Origin: the human T2T-CHM13v2.0 reference genome, Homo sapiens
Length of the DNA: 64,000 nucleotides
NCBI GenBank assembly: GCA_009914755.4
Contig: CP068257.2
Location: 31,296,001-31,360,000, forward strand
Direction: 5' to 3'
Position numbers and translations under genes: made by a program. Shown in pieces: positions 27,751 through 41,102 of this stretch (its first letter is position 1; each line of letters starts with the position of its first letter). The notes beneath the pieces are model-generated. The model was not told the DNA's origin. It saw only the letters and a program-made list of their open reading frames with translations, and did not search any database.

Positions 27751-28878
27751 GCTGTGGGAAAGGAGTCACCATCTGATGTTTGATTGTGTGGGATATGTTT
27801 TTGGCAGTGGCCTTGTATTCCTCATTGACAAAAAAAAAGAAAAGAAAGAAAGAAACAAGAGAAAAGGGGCAGAGATGGAGGGGGGAGGAAAATAAAAAAG
27901 AATAGAGCTACATTTGCTGTTTTCAATTTGCAGTCTGGGGGACAGGCACAGCTGACAGTTCTGACCAGTGGCCACCTGAAAATCAGGGCCAGGGCCTGGG
28001 GACTGTCCCCTCTGCCTCCATCCCCTGGGCCTCCCTTTATGCCGAGGGACCAGGAGGGGACTTTTCTCCATCCTCCCCCGTCGGCTGGTTAACTTACGAC
28101 TGAGCTGTGGGGCTGACGTTTGCCTGATTTAATAAAGCCTTTTATCCAAGGTAGCGGCTGGGAAGGCAGGGTCCTGACAGCCCAGAGGGGGAAAGGGCCC
28201 AAGGCTCACAAGCAGACACTTTCCGGAGCCGGTGAGGAAAAGAGTGAAGCTTCAAAAAAACTCCCTGGCAATGCGTCTGGGGCTGAAGCCAGGTGGTTTC
28301 TCCCGTGGTTTCTGGCTGGAGACTGGCAGGGGTGTTAGGTTTACACCCTGGGTCTCTGCCCCAACCGAAGGTTCTAGAAAGAGATATGCTGCTCTTTGTC
28401 ACCATCTTTTCCTCACTCAGGAATGCCAGATTTAGCAAGTAAACATACAGGATGCCCAGCTACATTTGGATTTCAGAACAACAAGTACTAAGCCGTGATG
28501 TGCTGTTTCCCCAAAAGCCAATTTTCACTGAGTGTCTTGCACGTTATCTGACAATGCTACTCCCACGCCACCAGGCTTCCTGGTCCAGCCACCCACCTCC
28601 CCTCACCTGTGGCGGGTGGGCAGGGGGGCGGTGATCAACAGCCTCCTCTGCCTGCATCTCAGGATGTTAAGAGGATAATGAGAGAATAGATGGGTAGCTG
28701 CTTTCCAGAAAGGTCATTAATTAGCCCTGCTGGTTAGCATGTGGTTCCAGTGCCCCAGCTGTGCTAAAGGCCTTCCTCTTAGCATCCAGTTCAAACCAGG
28801 AGACATGACCAATGAGACTAGAGAGAGTTTGGTGTCATTTCCTCCTGGTGCCCAGAGCCCCTTCTCTGATGGGTTTCA

Positions 28879-29212
<334 letters not shown>

Positions 29213-29299
29213 ATAAATTGAAATAAAACTCCCCAGTTCAGCACCTCTTGCTTTTACTAGAGGCAAATATAGTGTTTAATGGAAGATGTGGGGAGAAAG

Positions 29300-30200
29300 C
29301 CACATCCTTTCTAATCAAGTGCTCCTACTCCCGGGGATATTGGATTGCTACCTTTGAGTACAGTGCTTGCTAAGAAGCTGGTAACACCTAGTTGGCCTCC
29401 AGGATTTGTCTTGAGGTGGGCACCTTGCCTTGAGTTCCCCATTTGTAGGCCTGTGAAGCATATCTGGTTAAAGGCAGAGAGAAAGAAAAGGTTTCCCTTT
29501 GTGAGTAGCAGGCAAGTGACCAGGACAAATCGCATTGGCAGCCAGAGCCAGGGTCTGTGCTGTCATTTATCCTCCAGGTGGGGAGGTGGGATCAGGCACC
29601 GGCTTTAAAAGGAGGTGGTGTTCTGCACCAACCGGGTCCAAGCCCTAAAGAGAAGATGTCAAAGGAGCACTGCTCTTTTGAATATTCCCTTCACTGGAAG
29701 ACAGTCGTGGCTGCATATATTGGCCGGGACTAGAAGTGTGGTTTTCCCCATGTGGCGGAATTGCTTTCATTTTCAAACATGGGCCAGGGGCATAATGGCC
29801 GCTTGTAATGATCACATTAGCATCATGGAGCAATATATCTACAATAAATTAAGACTGCTTTGCAATTAGTACCGATGATCACAGCTGCGGAGACAAATGG
29901 CATATGTGCTAATTAAATAATTTGTCACTTCACTGTTAAACAAACAATTCAGCCTCTTTATATTACAAACTGCCATCTCCAGAACATCACCATGGGCCAT
30001 TAACCCCGTGGAAGGAACAGCTTGCCATGCCCACAATTGGTGGGGAGCGATGTTTGAATGGCAGGAAAAAGGTGATGGGGAAAAATCCACTTGGATGACA
30101 AGTCCCCTCAGACTTTGAAAATTTTCTTGGAAAATGAGTTCCAGGAGGACAAAACAAACTCTGCCACTCCACTCAGAAAACATTTGGAAGATAGCCCACT
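29300..30200. promoter_or_regulatory. Candidate conserved noncoding element (TE-free, CpG-retaining, homeobox/SOX-motif rich)
   Basis: 'tgctaattaaataatttgtcacttcactgttaaacaaacaattcagcc', 'ccattaaccccgtgg', 'tcgcattggcagcc', 'caccggctttaaaagg', 'ccaaccgggtcc', 'gtaccgatgatcacagctgcggag'. No repeat similarity. Confidence 0.3.
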
Positions 30201-31360
30201 CCAGTGTTAAGATTTCTGAGCTCTATTCGATGTGCCCTTATTGAAGTGAACCATCAAACTGGTTGCAACCAATAAAAACTCCATCACGTCAAATCTCAAC
30301 TTCATCTGGTGACTTCAGCGAAAGTCCCTCCTCCCCATTTGTACAGTTTTTCTTTTGTACAGATTTTGTACATACCTTTGTACAGTTTTTCTTTTCTTTC
30401 TTTAAGTTTTAGCATTTCCTACCCCAAATGCTAATCCATAAAGCTGAATTGTGAACTAGGGTTTAATGGGGGCCAGCCATTGCTAGCCTATATAATGGCT
30501 TTGTGTGAACTAAGAGGACTCAGCTCTGTGCAGGGCACCAGTCTTGGTAAGCAAGGTGCAGGCTGGATTTGCGTCCCTGCTCACCGCCTTGGTCCAGGGC
30601 CCTTGTGCAGTGAACAACCTGTCCAACCACACAGGCAGCTCTGACTCACTTGCCTCTGAAACCAGGAGAGACCTGGGTAATTTAAAGCCACAGAACACTA
30701 GCAAGTCATGTGTCATTATTATCCTTTATTCCTTGCTCTTTTATCAGAGTTGTTAACTAATGGAACTTGATTTCTCCTTCTTATTCCTGCGCTCGCTCCC
30801 ATACAAGAGGCAGAATGGTCAGACAGAGAGAGAAAGGCAAGGCAGTGAGGACTTCTTGTCATTGGCCCTTCAGCAAATCCCTCATCAGGCACCGCCTTTG
30901 TAAGGAGCATGTGACACGGGTGGTGTTGAGTAGAAGGCATTTGTGATGTAACAGGTGTTTGGTGTAAAATACTCAGGCAGTGTTAAGTTCCACCAAAGTC
31001 ATTCTACTGCAGTAAATTTCTACCAGGCAGGAAACAGCTAGAAACAAGGTTGAGTGTTCAGTCTTCCTTCCTGCAGGAAAGGTGATTCCCTGGATAATTT
31101 CACATTAGGCTTTAAGAGCTCCTTTCCTGTGGCATTGTGGGGGTGGAAAAAGAAAAGCCAGTCTTTTATCTTTATGGAAATCTCACTGTTCGGATACAAA
31201 AGTCTGTAATAGAGGTGAGTTCCTCAGCAAATTGGTGCGTTACTCACCAAAAAGCCATTCTGTCTCTTTTTTAAAGTGAAATCTGAGTTTATCCCAGAAA
31301 GACTGGGGCATGGAGCAGCTTAGCTCACATCACTTAGGATAAAGGTGGGCACACTCTTAA

Positions 31361-31663
<303 letters not shown>

Positions 31664-33724
31664 TGAATTTTATAGCATGGAGTGTCTTCAGCAGCACTTG
31701 TTAATATTGTCTGTTAGGTGTGTGCAGAGTGAGGAAAGGAGATTGCCTAAGAGTAATGTTTCTAAAAGAACTTTTCTGACATGTATTTGTACATGAGGAA
31801 ATGCAGAGAGTGCAGGGTGAGTTTAGAGGCACTGAAAGCACTGCCAGGACATAAGATGTTTTTCCTACGGCTCTACAAGATGCATTATTATCTGGCCTGT
31901 TTCGGAAAAGACAGGCTGTTTTCTAGGCAGCCTCCTGTCTTCTGGTACTTCAGAGAGTGGATTTCCATGTGTCCAAAGGCTGAGATGCGAGTCAGGAACC
32001 ACCCAGACCAGCCAACTGTCCTACCAGTGGGCATAGAATCCTTAGGCTGCAAGACAACCTAGATGCCAGCTCATCTAAGCCTCTTATTTCACCAGAAGAA
32101 GGAATGGGAGGAGAGAGAGACAACAATGACCCTAAATCATCCTGTTCTTTTCCTTCTCTGGTGGCGGTGGGAGGGGAGGGGTTCCTCCCACCTTCCCTCT
32201 ATTTTCTGATCTAAGCTGAGGAAATCCAAATGGTATTCTTTTATCCCAATATTAACTGGGACTCAGAGACTCCCCAAGCCACTTACTTAATTTGTGGTGT
32301 AAAATATTTTTGTTATAGAATTGTTCCGCCTCTTAAAGGAGATCCGTGGGGAAAGACCTGGCTGGACAGCCTTTTACATAGCCCCAGTGAAAACAATGCA
32401 GGAATCTGAAAAGGTCATTAGGAAAATAAAAACTTAAAGTCCTGAAAAGCTTTCTGACAATTGTCCAAGGCCATGCAGTCCTGAGGACACAGAGGACACC
32501 AGCCATCCCTCAGCCACGACCCACGAGCCAACCCAATCAGACCACATCTTGTCTTTCAGGAAAATGCACTGAATTTTGTACCATGCCCCCAAAAGCCTGG
32601 ATCAAATTAAGAGTTTTAATACTCAAAGTCATTTATATTGTGTCTCTAAAGCATATACAATAAATGTACGCATCACTCAGGATATATTAAAATGTTTTGC
32701 CATACATTTCTAAAATCTTAACAAATATCATGAACACTTTAAAATACTACTTTTATTTTGATCAAAATGCATTCCATCATTTGAAAATCAAGTAGTAATT
32801 GGATAGATTCTAATAAATAAACACAGTTCTCTGCTCAGCTTCTTCTGACATCTTTCATACCCTTGAAACAACACATTTCAACTCTGTAATTTAATTTTTT
32901 TTCTGGAATTTCCTTTCATATTTCTAGATGATATGTTTCTAGATTTCCTGAATTGTATTTTCCAATACCATTATTAAAAGTGTTTTTTAAATTAAGCTAT
33001 TCTATTTTAATTTTCAATAATTTTGGTTCTCTGATCCATTTTGATATCCTCCTCTTCTTGTTTCATGAGCTAATCTCTTGCTATTTTTGAAAAGGCCATA
33101 GTTTTTAAAAATACGTTTGCTTGTTGAAACGTTTACTGAGTTGTCTCTGTCTCTTCTGGGTTCATTTTTGTTTGGTTGGTTTTGTCTTTATCTTTCTTCT
33201 TGGAGCTTACTTCAAATGTGATTTTGGCAGTCAGTTCATAAGAGGGAGGTACTGGGTAGCTAATTCTATCTGGGCATGGAGCTTCACTCTAGAGAGATCA
33301 ATGGGAAAGCAGTGGTGAAAGCTTACCAGCAGAGTATCACAACCTGATACAGCTACATAATTATTATTTTACTGTGTGTCTCCTCCTGGTCTTGTATGTG
33401 TAAGTTCCATTAATGCAAAGTTTGTTCATTTTGTTCACTGCTCCAGTCTCAGTGACTAGAACAGTGTCTGGCACATAATAAATGCTTAAAAAACACTTAG
33501 ATGAACAAAGAACTGTGGGAGAAAAATGCTATACAGAGCACAAAGTGAGTGGGAGACTAAGAGTAAGGAAAGTTAATTTTGCCTTGGAGCAATGGGGAAG
33601 TTTTTTTTCACTGCATTGACTAGGAGCATTCCTATAATGCCAAGACACTGCCTAGGAGTCTTCCGTGCATTCTTTCATTCATGCAGCCAACAACATCCAT
33701 TGAGCACCTACGGTGTGCTGTGAA

Positions 33725-33920
33725 GCAGTGTAGCATGGTGGTGAAGGACATGGGAATTGATTAAGGAACCTGAAGTCTAGCCCTGGCTGTGTGTCTTTGG
33801 GCAAGTTATTTACCTCTCTGAGCCTCAGTTCCCTTAATTCTATATGAATAATTATCAGAGTGTCTGCTTATAGGGTTGCCTTAAGGATTAAATGAATTGC
33901 TGTATGTAAAGAGTTCAAAT
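33725..33920 (+). mobile_element. MIR SINE
   Basis: 'agcagtgtagcatggtggtgaaggacatgggaattgattaaggaacctgaagtctagccctggctgtgtgtctttgggcaagttatttacctctctgagcctcagttcccttaattctatatgaataattatcagagtgtctgcttatagggttgccttaaggattaaatgaattgctgtatgtaaagagttcaaat' is collinear with the MIR consensus. Confidence 0.7.
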
Positions 33921-33924
33921 ATTA

Positions 33925-34000
33925 TGCTAGGCTATGTTAGGCTATGGAGACACCTGTGTTAGGCTATGGAGACACCTGTGTTAGGCTATGGAGACACTGA
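33925..34000. repeat. Minisatellite: 22-bp unit 'gttaggctatggagacacctgt' x ~3.3
   Basis: 'gctatgttaggctatggagacacctgtgttaggctatggagacacctgtgttaggctatggagacactgag'. Confidence 0.95.
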
Positions 34001-34115
34001 GATGGCTAGAAATGATCTTTTCCATCCCCCAACAAGAAGACTTCATAGTCGAGTAGGCTGCCTTTCTCGTTCTTGTACACTATCCCTCGAAATTTTTTAA
34101 AAAATCAGAAAGTGC

Positions 34116-34411
<296 letters not shown>

Positions 34412-35178
34412 CTAGAAAGTGCAAAGTATGTCCATAGGCAATCAAAATGATGCTTGAATTTGGGGTGGGGGAAGGGGCAAGATCTCATGTCAAACTGGAT
34501 TACTATCACCTCGACAGGCACAGGACTGGCAGAGTTAAAGGAAAATAACAAGTCAACAGCCTCTTCCCCAGGGGCTCAGTAATGTCCCCAGCCTTTGGCT
34601 CTGGTGTGCTTTGTGCAAAGGGCTAAAAATAGCAGAGGCGTGCTCAGGATTAAGATGGCCTTTCAATCACAAGTCAGGGAAGTAGTGATTTTCCTTAGAC
34701 AAACCCTGTTGCTACTGGTGGGGGTGGGGATGGAGGTCGGGAGACATACGACTTTCTCATACATTTGATTAAAACTTTGGCAAAGTTAAGAATCTTCATA
34801 GTCTCTAAATCTCCATTTGCACCCACCCTGACCTTTCTTAAGTATAGTTTCATTGATTTTTTAAGGCTATCTTTGAAGCTAGAATGCTGAATAACTCTAA
34901 AACTTAACAAAAAGTCCACTCTTTTGGTTGCCTGTTTGTGTGATAATACATCCTCTTAAAAAACACAGCCCATTTTAATTTGCATCCATCCACCCTTCAC
35001 CTCACCATCTATAGCACCATAAATACATTCATCAAAGAAGGCAGCATAAAAAGTAGTAAGCGTGGAGAATGGTGAAGTGTCAGTTACAATTAATAGCTTT
35101 GGAAATAAAAGGGATAATATTGTGTCTCATTTACAAGTTTTGAATTTAATTTCACAACTTACCATTTGAAATAAATTA

Positions 35179-35418
<240 letters not shown>

Positions 35419-35787
35419 TTATGTCAGTGTCGTAAATACAGAAACCAAATCCTTAAGATGCCCTAGAAGTGGAGGTTGGGTGGGAGGGAATATCCTCCCC
35501 AAACTTCAAATCACATCCATGCTCTGAGAGCTCCATTGGGTTGCCAAGCTCCATTCAGTCTCATTTTCCTCTTAACAATGCACGTGCGCAAAGGCTTCCT
35601 GCCTGGGAAGGCACCAGGCATCTTTTTAAAGAAGTGCAAGGATTTTAGATGAGGTCAGGAGTTGGGCATGGGAGCGAGGTGAAGGGTGAAAAAAGTTAAG
35701 CTACTCTGGTGTAAACCACCACAAACTCCCTGTTCCTGCTTTTATTCCTTCCCTAAAACGTTTTCACTTTGGGAGAAGAAAATTTTA

Positions 35788-36118
<331 letters not shown>

Positions 36119-36178
36119 AAAATGGCAGGGTGGGAGGGGGTGGGGAGGGGGTGAAATCACCCATAACGTCAGAGGCAG

Positions 36179-36716
36179 GTGAACCAGAGCAACTCCATCT
36201 TGAATAGGAGCTGGGTAAAATAAGGCTGAGACCTACTGGGCTGCATTCCCAGATGGTTAGGCATTCTAACTTACAGGATGAGATAGGAGGTCAGCACAAG
36301 ATACAGGTCATAAAGATCTTGCTGATAAGACAGTTTGCAGTAAAGAAGCCGGCTAAAACCCACCAAAACCAAGATGGTGACAAGAGTGATCTCTAATTGT
36401 CCTCACTGCTACACTCCCACCAGGGCCATGACAGTTTACAAATGCCATGGCAATGTCAGGAAGTTACGCTATATGGTCTAAAAGGAGAGGCATGAATAAT
36501 CCACCCCTTGTTTATCATATCATCAAGAAATAACCATAAAATGGGCAACAGCAGCCCTCCGGGCTGCTCTGTCTATGGAGTAGCCATTCTTTTATTCCTT
36601 CACTTTCCTAATAAACTTGCTTTCACTTTAGTCCATGGACTCACCCCAAATTCTTTGTTTCAAGAGATCCAAGGGCCCTCTCTTGGGGTCTGGATCGGGA
36701 CCCCTTTCCTGTAACA
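36179..36716 (+). mobile_element. ERV-type solo LTR, copy B (same family and orientation as 20948-21479)
   Basis: 'gtgaaccagagcaactccatcttgaataggagctgggtaaaataaggctgagacctactgggctgcattcccag...ccttcactttcctaataaacttgctttcactttagtccatggactcaccccaaattctttgtttcaagagatccaagggccctctcttggggtctggatcgggacccctttcctgtaaca'. Confidence 0.7.
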
Positions 36717-36719
36717 ATA

Positions 36720-37010
36720 ATGGCACAACCCAAATACAACTACTTTAATGTTTCAGTCATCTCTTTCCATTATGTCTCTAACTGCATTTATATTTACAGT
36801 TATAATGTGCATAAAAGTTTGTGATCTACTTTTCTCCTAAACATTGCCCTAGGTTATTAGAGAGTCTTTCAACTAATTATTTTAATGGGTGCATAATATT
36901 TCATTGAGTGGGTGGATCATCATTTAACCATTTCCCTATTGATGAACAGTGGAGATTACTTCCACTTTTTCTCTTATAAATAAATATACTGATAATCATC
37001 AGTATCTTCC
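36720..37010 (-). mobile_element. L1 3'-region fragment (old family), reverse
   Basis: 'gggtgcataatatttcattgagtgggtggatcatcatttaaccatttccctattgatgaacagtggagattacttccactttttctcttataaataaatatactgataatcatc' parallels the reverse complement of the L1 3'-end region. Confidence 0.55.
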
Positions 37011-37235
37011 ATATCTGCAGTTTGGTATCTTTATTCAACTTTTTCCCTTATAAATAAAAGTTGAACAAAGATTTCAAATTGCAGATACCACAATCAGCTG
37101 ATGCTCAAGTCTCCCATAGAAGATGACATAGTACTTGCATTTAGCCTATATACATCCTCCTGTATACTTTAAATCATCTCTAGATTACTTATAATACCTA
37201 ATACAATGCCTACACTTCACTTTATTCACATACAT
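37010..37235 (+). mobile_element. Tigger2/MER2-type DNA transposon fragment
   Basis: 'gatgctcaagtctcccatagaagatgacatagtacttgcatttagcctatatacatcctcctgtatactttaaatcatctctagattacttataatacctaatacaatg' matches the MER2 consensus 'gatgctcaagtcccttatataaaatggcgtagtatttgcatataacctatgcacatcctcccgtatactttaaatcatctctagattacttataatacctaatacaatg'. Confidence 0.7.
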
Positions 37236-37249
37236 ATATTCTCATTTAC

Positions 37250-37272
37250 ACACACACACACACACACATACA
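37250..37272. repeat. (CA)n microsatellite
   Basis: 'acacacacacacacacacacata'. Confidence 0.9.
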
Positions 37273-39488
37273 CAGTGCTAATGCATATGCCCGCCCTGAA
37301 TTTTCTCCTCATGACTGGTTGTGGCACAACTTTAAACCCAGCAGAGCATGGGGAGGAAGCTGGAGTTTGTATTTTCAGTTTTGTTCAACTCTGTGAATTA
37401 GGAGTACCGTTTTCCCATCCTAGTCACGAAGTAGTCCTGAATTGTCCTTGAGTAGAAGGGAGAGATTTATGGACTGAATCCTGGTCCAAGTCAGAGAGAA
37501 AAGTATTCTTTAGAAAGACATCGTCTGATGATTATTTTGAGAGACTCTCTGGTAATCCCTAGCAAATCTGCATGTTAATAGGAATCATTTACTCAAAGCA
37601 GGGGCCCAGGAAAATAGCTTTACATAATAACAGTAGCTTGATTTGATTACTTCAATTTGGTCCTAGCTATTGAATTAAAGGTAGAGCCAAGCTTTTGGAA
37701 GTTTTACAGAATGATAAACAAAATGGGAATAGTAAATTAAGACTGACTCTGGATTCCACCTGTACATCTTTATTACTTCTAATGAGCAGGGAGATGTAAA
37801 CAGGATCGAGGAGTAAAAACCATTGATAATCTTCTTAGCATTCTGGATAATTTATTGGTTTCTTTCTCACATTGAGAGCTCTAAGCCTGCCTAATATTTG
37901 TTAAGACTTCTTGGCAGCTCTTTCCTAAAAGAAGCAATTTCTTTTCTTACAGTGCACTGTAGTTTTGCTCACTTGCTCCCCAAAATACTGATGGACATTT
38001 TCAGCTGCACTCAGCCATTTTGAATCACAGCAGCACTTTAAAAAATCCTAGTAATTTTATACTTACAGAGGAGTCGCAACAGTAGGACAGAGTACTTGGT
38101 TACCCCTCAACCAGCCCTCTGTCTGTTAACATCTTATATACCATACATGAAAATTAAGAAATTATACTAAGCATGAGACTATTAGCTAAAGTGCAGAACT
38201 TACTCACATCACCAGTTTTTCCACTAATGTCCTTTTTCTATTCCAAGACCCAATCCAGGACTCCATGTTGCATTTAGTTTTCACATCTTCTTAGCCTCCT
38301 TCAATCTATCACAGCTCCTCAGTCTTTCTTTGATTTCAGGGCCTTGCCACTTTTGAAGAGTAATGATCAGTCATTTTGTAGAATGTCCCTCCATGTGGGC
38401 TTGTTTGGTGCGTTCTCACGGTTAGACTAGCGTTATGCATTATTGGAAAGGAAACCACAAAGTGATTGACGTGTCCGTCTCAGTGCACCATGCCATCCTC
38501 ACCATCCTCACCACTTGGCTAAGGTGATACCCACCGAGATTCTCCACTGTAAACTTTCCGTTTTCCCCTTTGTAATTATTAAATATTTTAGAGGGGGAGA
38601 TACTTTGAGACAATGCAAATAAATATCCTGTTTCTGCTTAAACATTCACAGCCGTACTTTTTGTCCTCCAAAGCAATAGTTTAACCTCAGCTAAATGTCA
38701 ACAAGCTATCAATGGGGACTTTTGGAGTTGGTGATGGGCACAGGAGCCTCAAAGCCATTCACTTCTTCCCGGAAGCCCAGCATTCCGGGAAAGGACTGGC
38801 AGACCTCCTGACTTCCTCCACCAGCTGTCTGACCACCGCACACTGTGGTTGTGACTTGGGATTTCAGAGCCAGGAGCAGGACCCCACTCCTGATCATAGC
38901 ATGACTTAGCTTCTCCCCAGAATCACAGTCATCTTCCATATGACTTAGGAATAGCATGATTGCTGGAAGACAGAAAGATGTGGGCCTAAGTAACAAAATA
39001 AACTGTGTTCTGTTAAAGAAAAAAGTATTTGTGACACTTATGAAAGCGTGGCAAGGCAGACTTCATTTAGGGGGATTATCACAATAGGTCTAGGGACTAT
39101 TACAATGGGGTTTTATAGTAGGGCAGAGAGATTGGGCTCAACTCTGTATCCGACAAGGAAAAGTGGGAATTTATAGCCAAGGAGTGAGAGGGGTGCCAGT
39201 GGATGGTAAATTACCAAGAAGAAACATGAGGGGTAAGCGGGGATTCTGGCTAACTGTCCTAATGGGTTTCTTGCTGAACACAGGCCAGGGTGATCAGACA
39301 GCACCTGCAGGATGGTGGAGGATGAGCAACTTCCCCAGATCTGGAAGGTGATCAGATACAGTTAGAGTAAGTAGCTAGGTAGACATGAGCAGGCCAGGAG
39401 GGGGTCCCCCTCCCCACTGGGATGTCAGGTGACCATCAGGTACTGGCCAGGCAGTTGTTGTTGTTAAACTGTCTCTCTAAAATAATAA

Positions 39489-39863
<375 letters not shown>

Positions 39864-40871
39864 CGATCATCGGCTTTTTGATAAGATCTCAGGAGTTTGG
39901 CAAATGTGCTCAAGCATGAGCACTAAGAAGCAAAATGGTGGAGTTTAACCAGTATATGACCTTCCTCTAGGAACGCTCAACTGGTAAGGGTAAAATGCCT
40001 CAAATGAGCATGCGCACAACTTCAGTAAACTCACTGTGCGTATGGCCCCTCCCAAGTGCTGGCAGCCCACCAAAGCATTTGGATGAAGTGACGTTGTTCA
40101 TCTGAGGTAATACCCAAGGTTCATTGTCTCACGCCAAGGAAATCAAGGACACAAACACACAAGAAGTGAGGTTAAGAACAGAGGTTTAGTAAGCGAAAGA
40201 AAGAGAAGAGCTCTCTCTGCTGCAGAGAGAGGGGTCCCAAATGGGTTTTCTGCTTCCGTGGTGAAATGCAGTGGGGTTTTATAGATGAGCTTGAGGAGGC
40301 GGTGTCTGATTTACATAGGGCACGAAAGATTTGTCGGACCACGTGTGTCATTTGCATAAGGCATGAAAAACTGGTTAGGGCTAGGTGTGCCATTTGCATA
40401 AGACACAAAAAACTGGCCACCCCACCCTAATCCTTTGTTATGCAGATGGGTTCTCTACCTGGCCGTGCCACATTGCCTGTTTCTTTACTGTACACGTGGT
40501 GATAAAGGAAAGGGAAGATGGGGCCTCCATGTTGAACATACCTGGCCCCCAGGTAGCCCTTTTCTATTGGCACAGCTGCCGGCATTCACCTGTGCAAGCT
40601 TCCAGCTTGCTTATCTATGTCTGCAGCTTGATTTTTCAGGCTGTTCTTTGTTTGAAAGACAATGATTTGGGGGCTGCTTTTTGTTAAAAGGGAAATTCTG
40701 CCGAGGGCTCTGTTGCCCTTACTATCTGCCTGAATAATTTCTTTCTACCTCCTGTATCATGGACAGCCTGCTCCAAGGAAGAATCAGGGGAGAAGAAACA
40801 CAAATCCTGGAATCATGCCAATGCATGAAACCCCAAGTCAAGGGTTGGACAGAGCACTTGGCACTTGGATC

Positions 40872-41102
40872 TTTTTTTTTTTTTGAGACGAAGTCTCGCT
40901 CTGTCGCCCAGGCTGGAGCGCAGTGGCGCAATCTCAGCTCACTGCAAGCTACAGGTGCCCACCACCATGCCCAGCTAATTTTTTGTATTTTTAGTAGAGA
41001 CAGGGTTTCACTGTCTTAGCCAGGATGGTCTCTATCTCCTGACCTCATGATCCGCCTGCCTCAGCCTCCCAAAGTGCTGGGATTACAGCACCGTGCCCGG
41101 CC
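40872..41102 (-). mobile_element. AluY-like element (reverse) with a ~60-bp internal deletion and a short 3' deletion; TSD 'ggatc(tttt)'
   Basis: 'tttttttttttttgagacgaagtctcgctctgtcgcccaggctggagcgcagtggcgcaatctcagctcactgcaagct' then a jump to 'acaggtgcccaccaccatgcccagctaattttttgtatttttagtagagacagggtttcactgtcttagccaggatggtctctatctcctgacctcatgatccgcctgcctcagcctcccaaagtgctgggattacag/caccgtgcccggcc'. The young-Alu diagnostics 'cactgtcttagccaggatggtctc' are present. Confidence 0.9.

Noticed and set aside
28410-28500. 'gaatgccagatttagcaagtaaacatacaggatgcccagctacatttggatttcagaacaacaagtact' considered as a conserved regulatory motif
   Set aside because: It strongly resembles the terminal part of a known palindromic MITE family ('gccagatttagcaaataaaaatacaggacacccagttaaatttgaatttcagataaacaa...'). 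It is therefore probably an old DNA-transposon remnant, so I did not list it as a regulatory feature.
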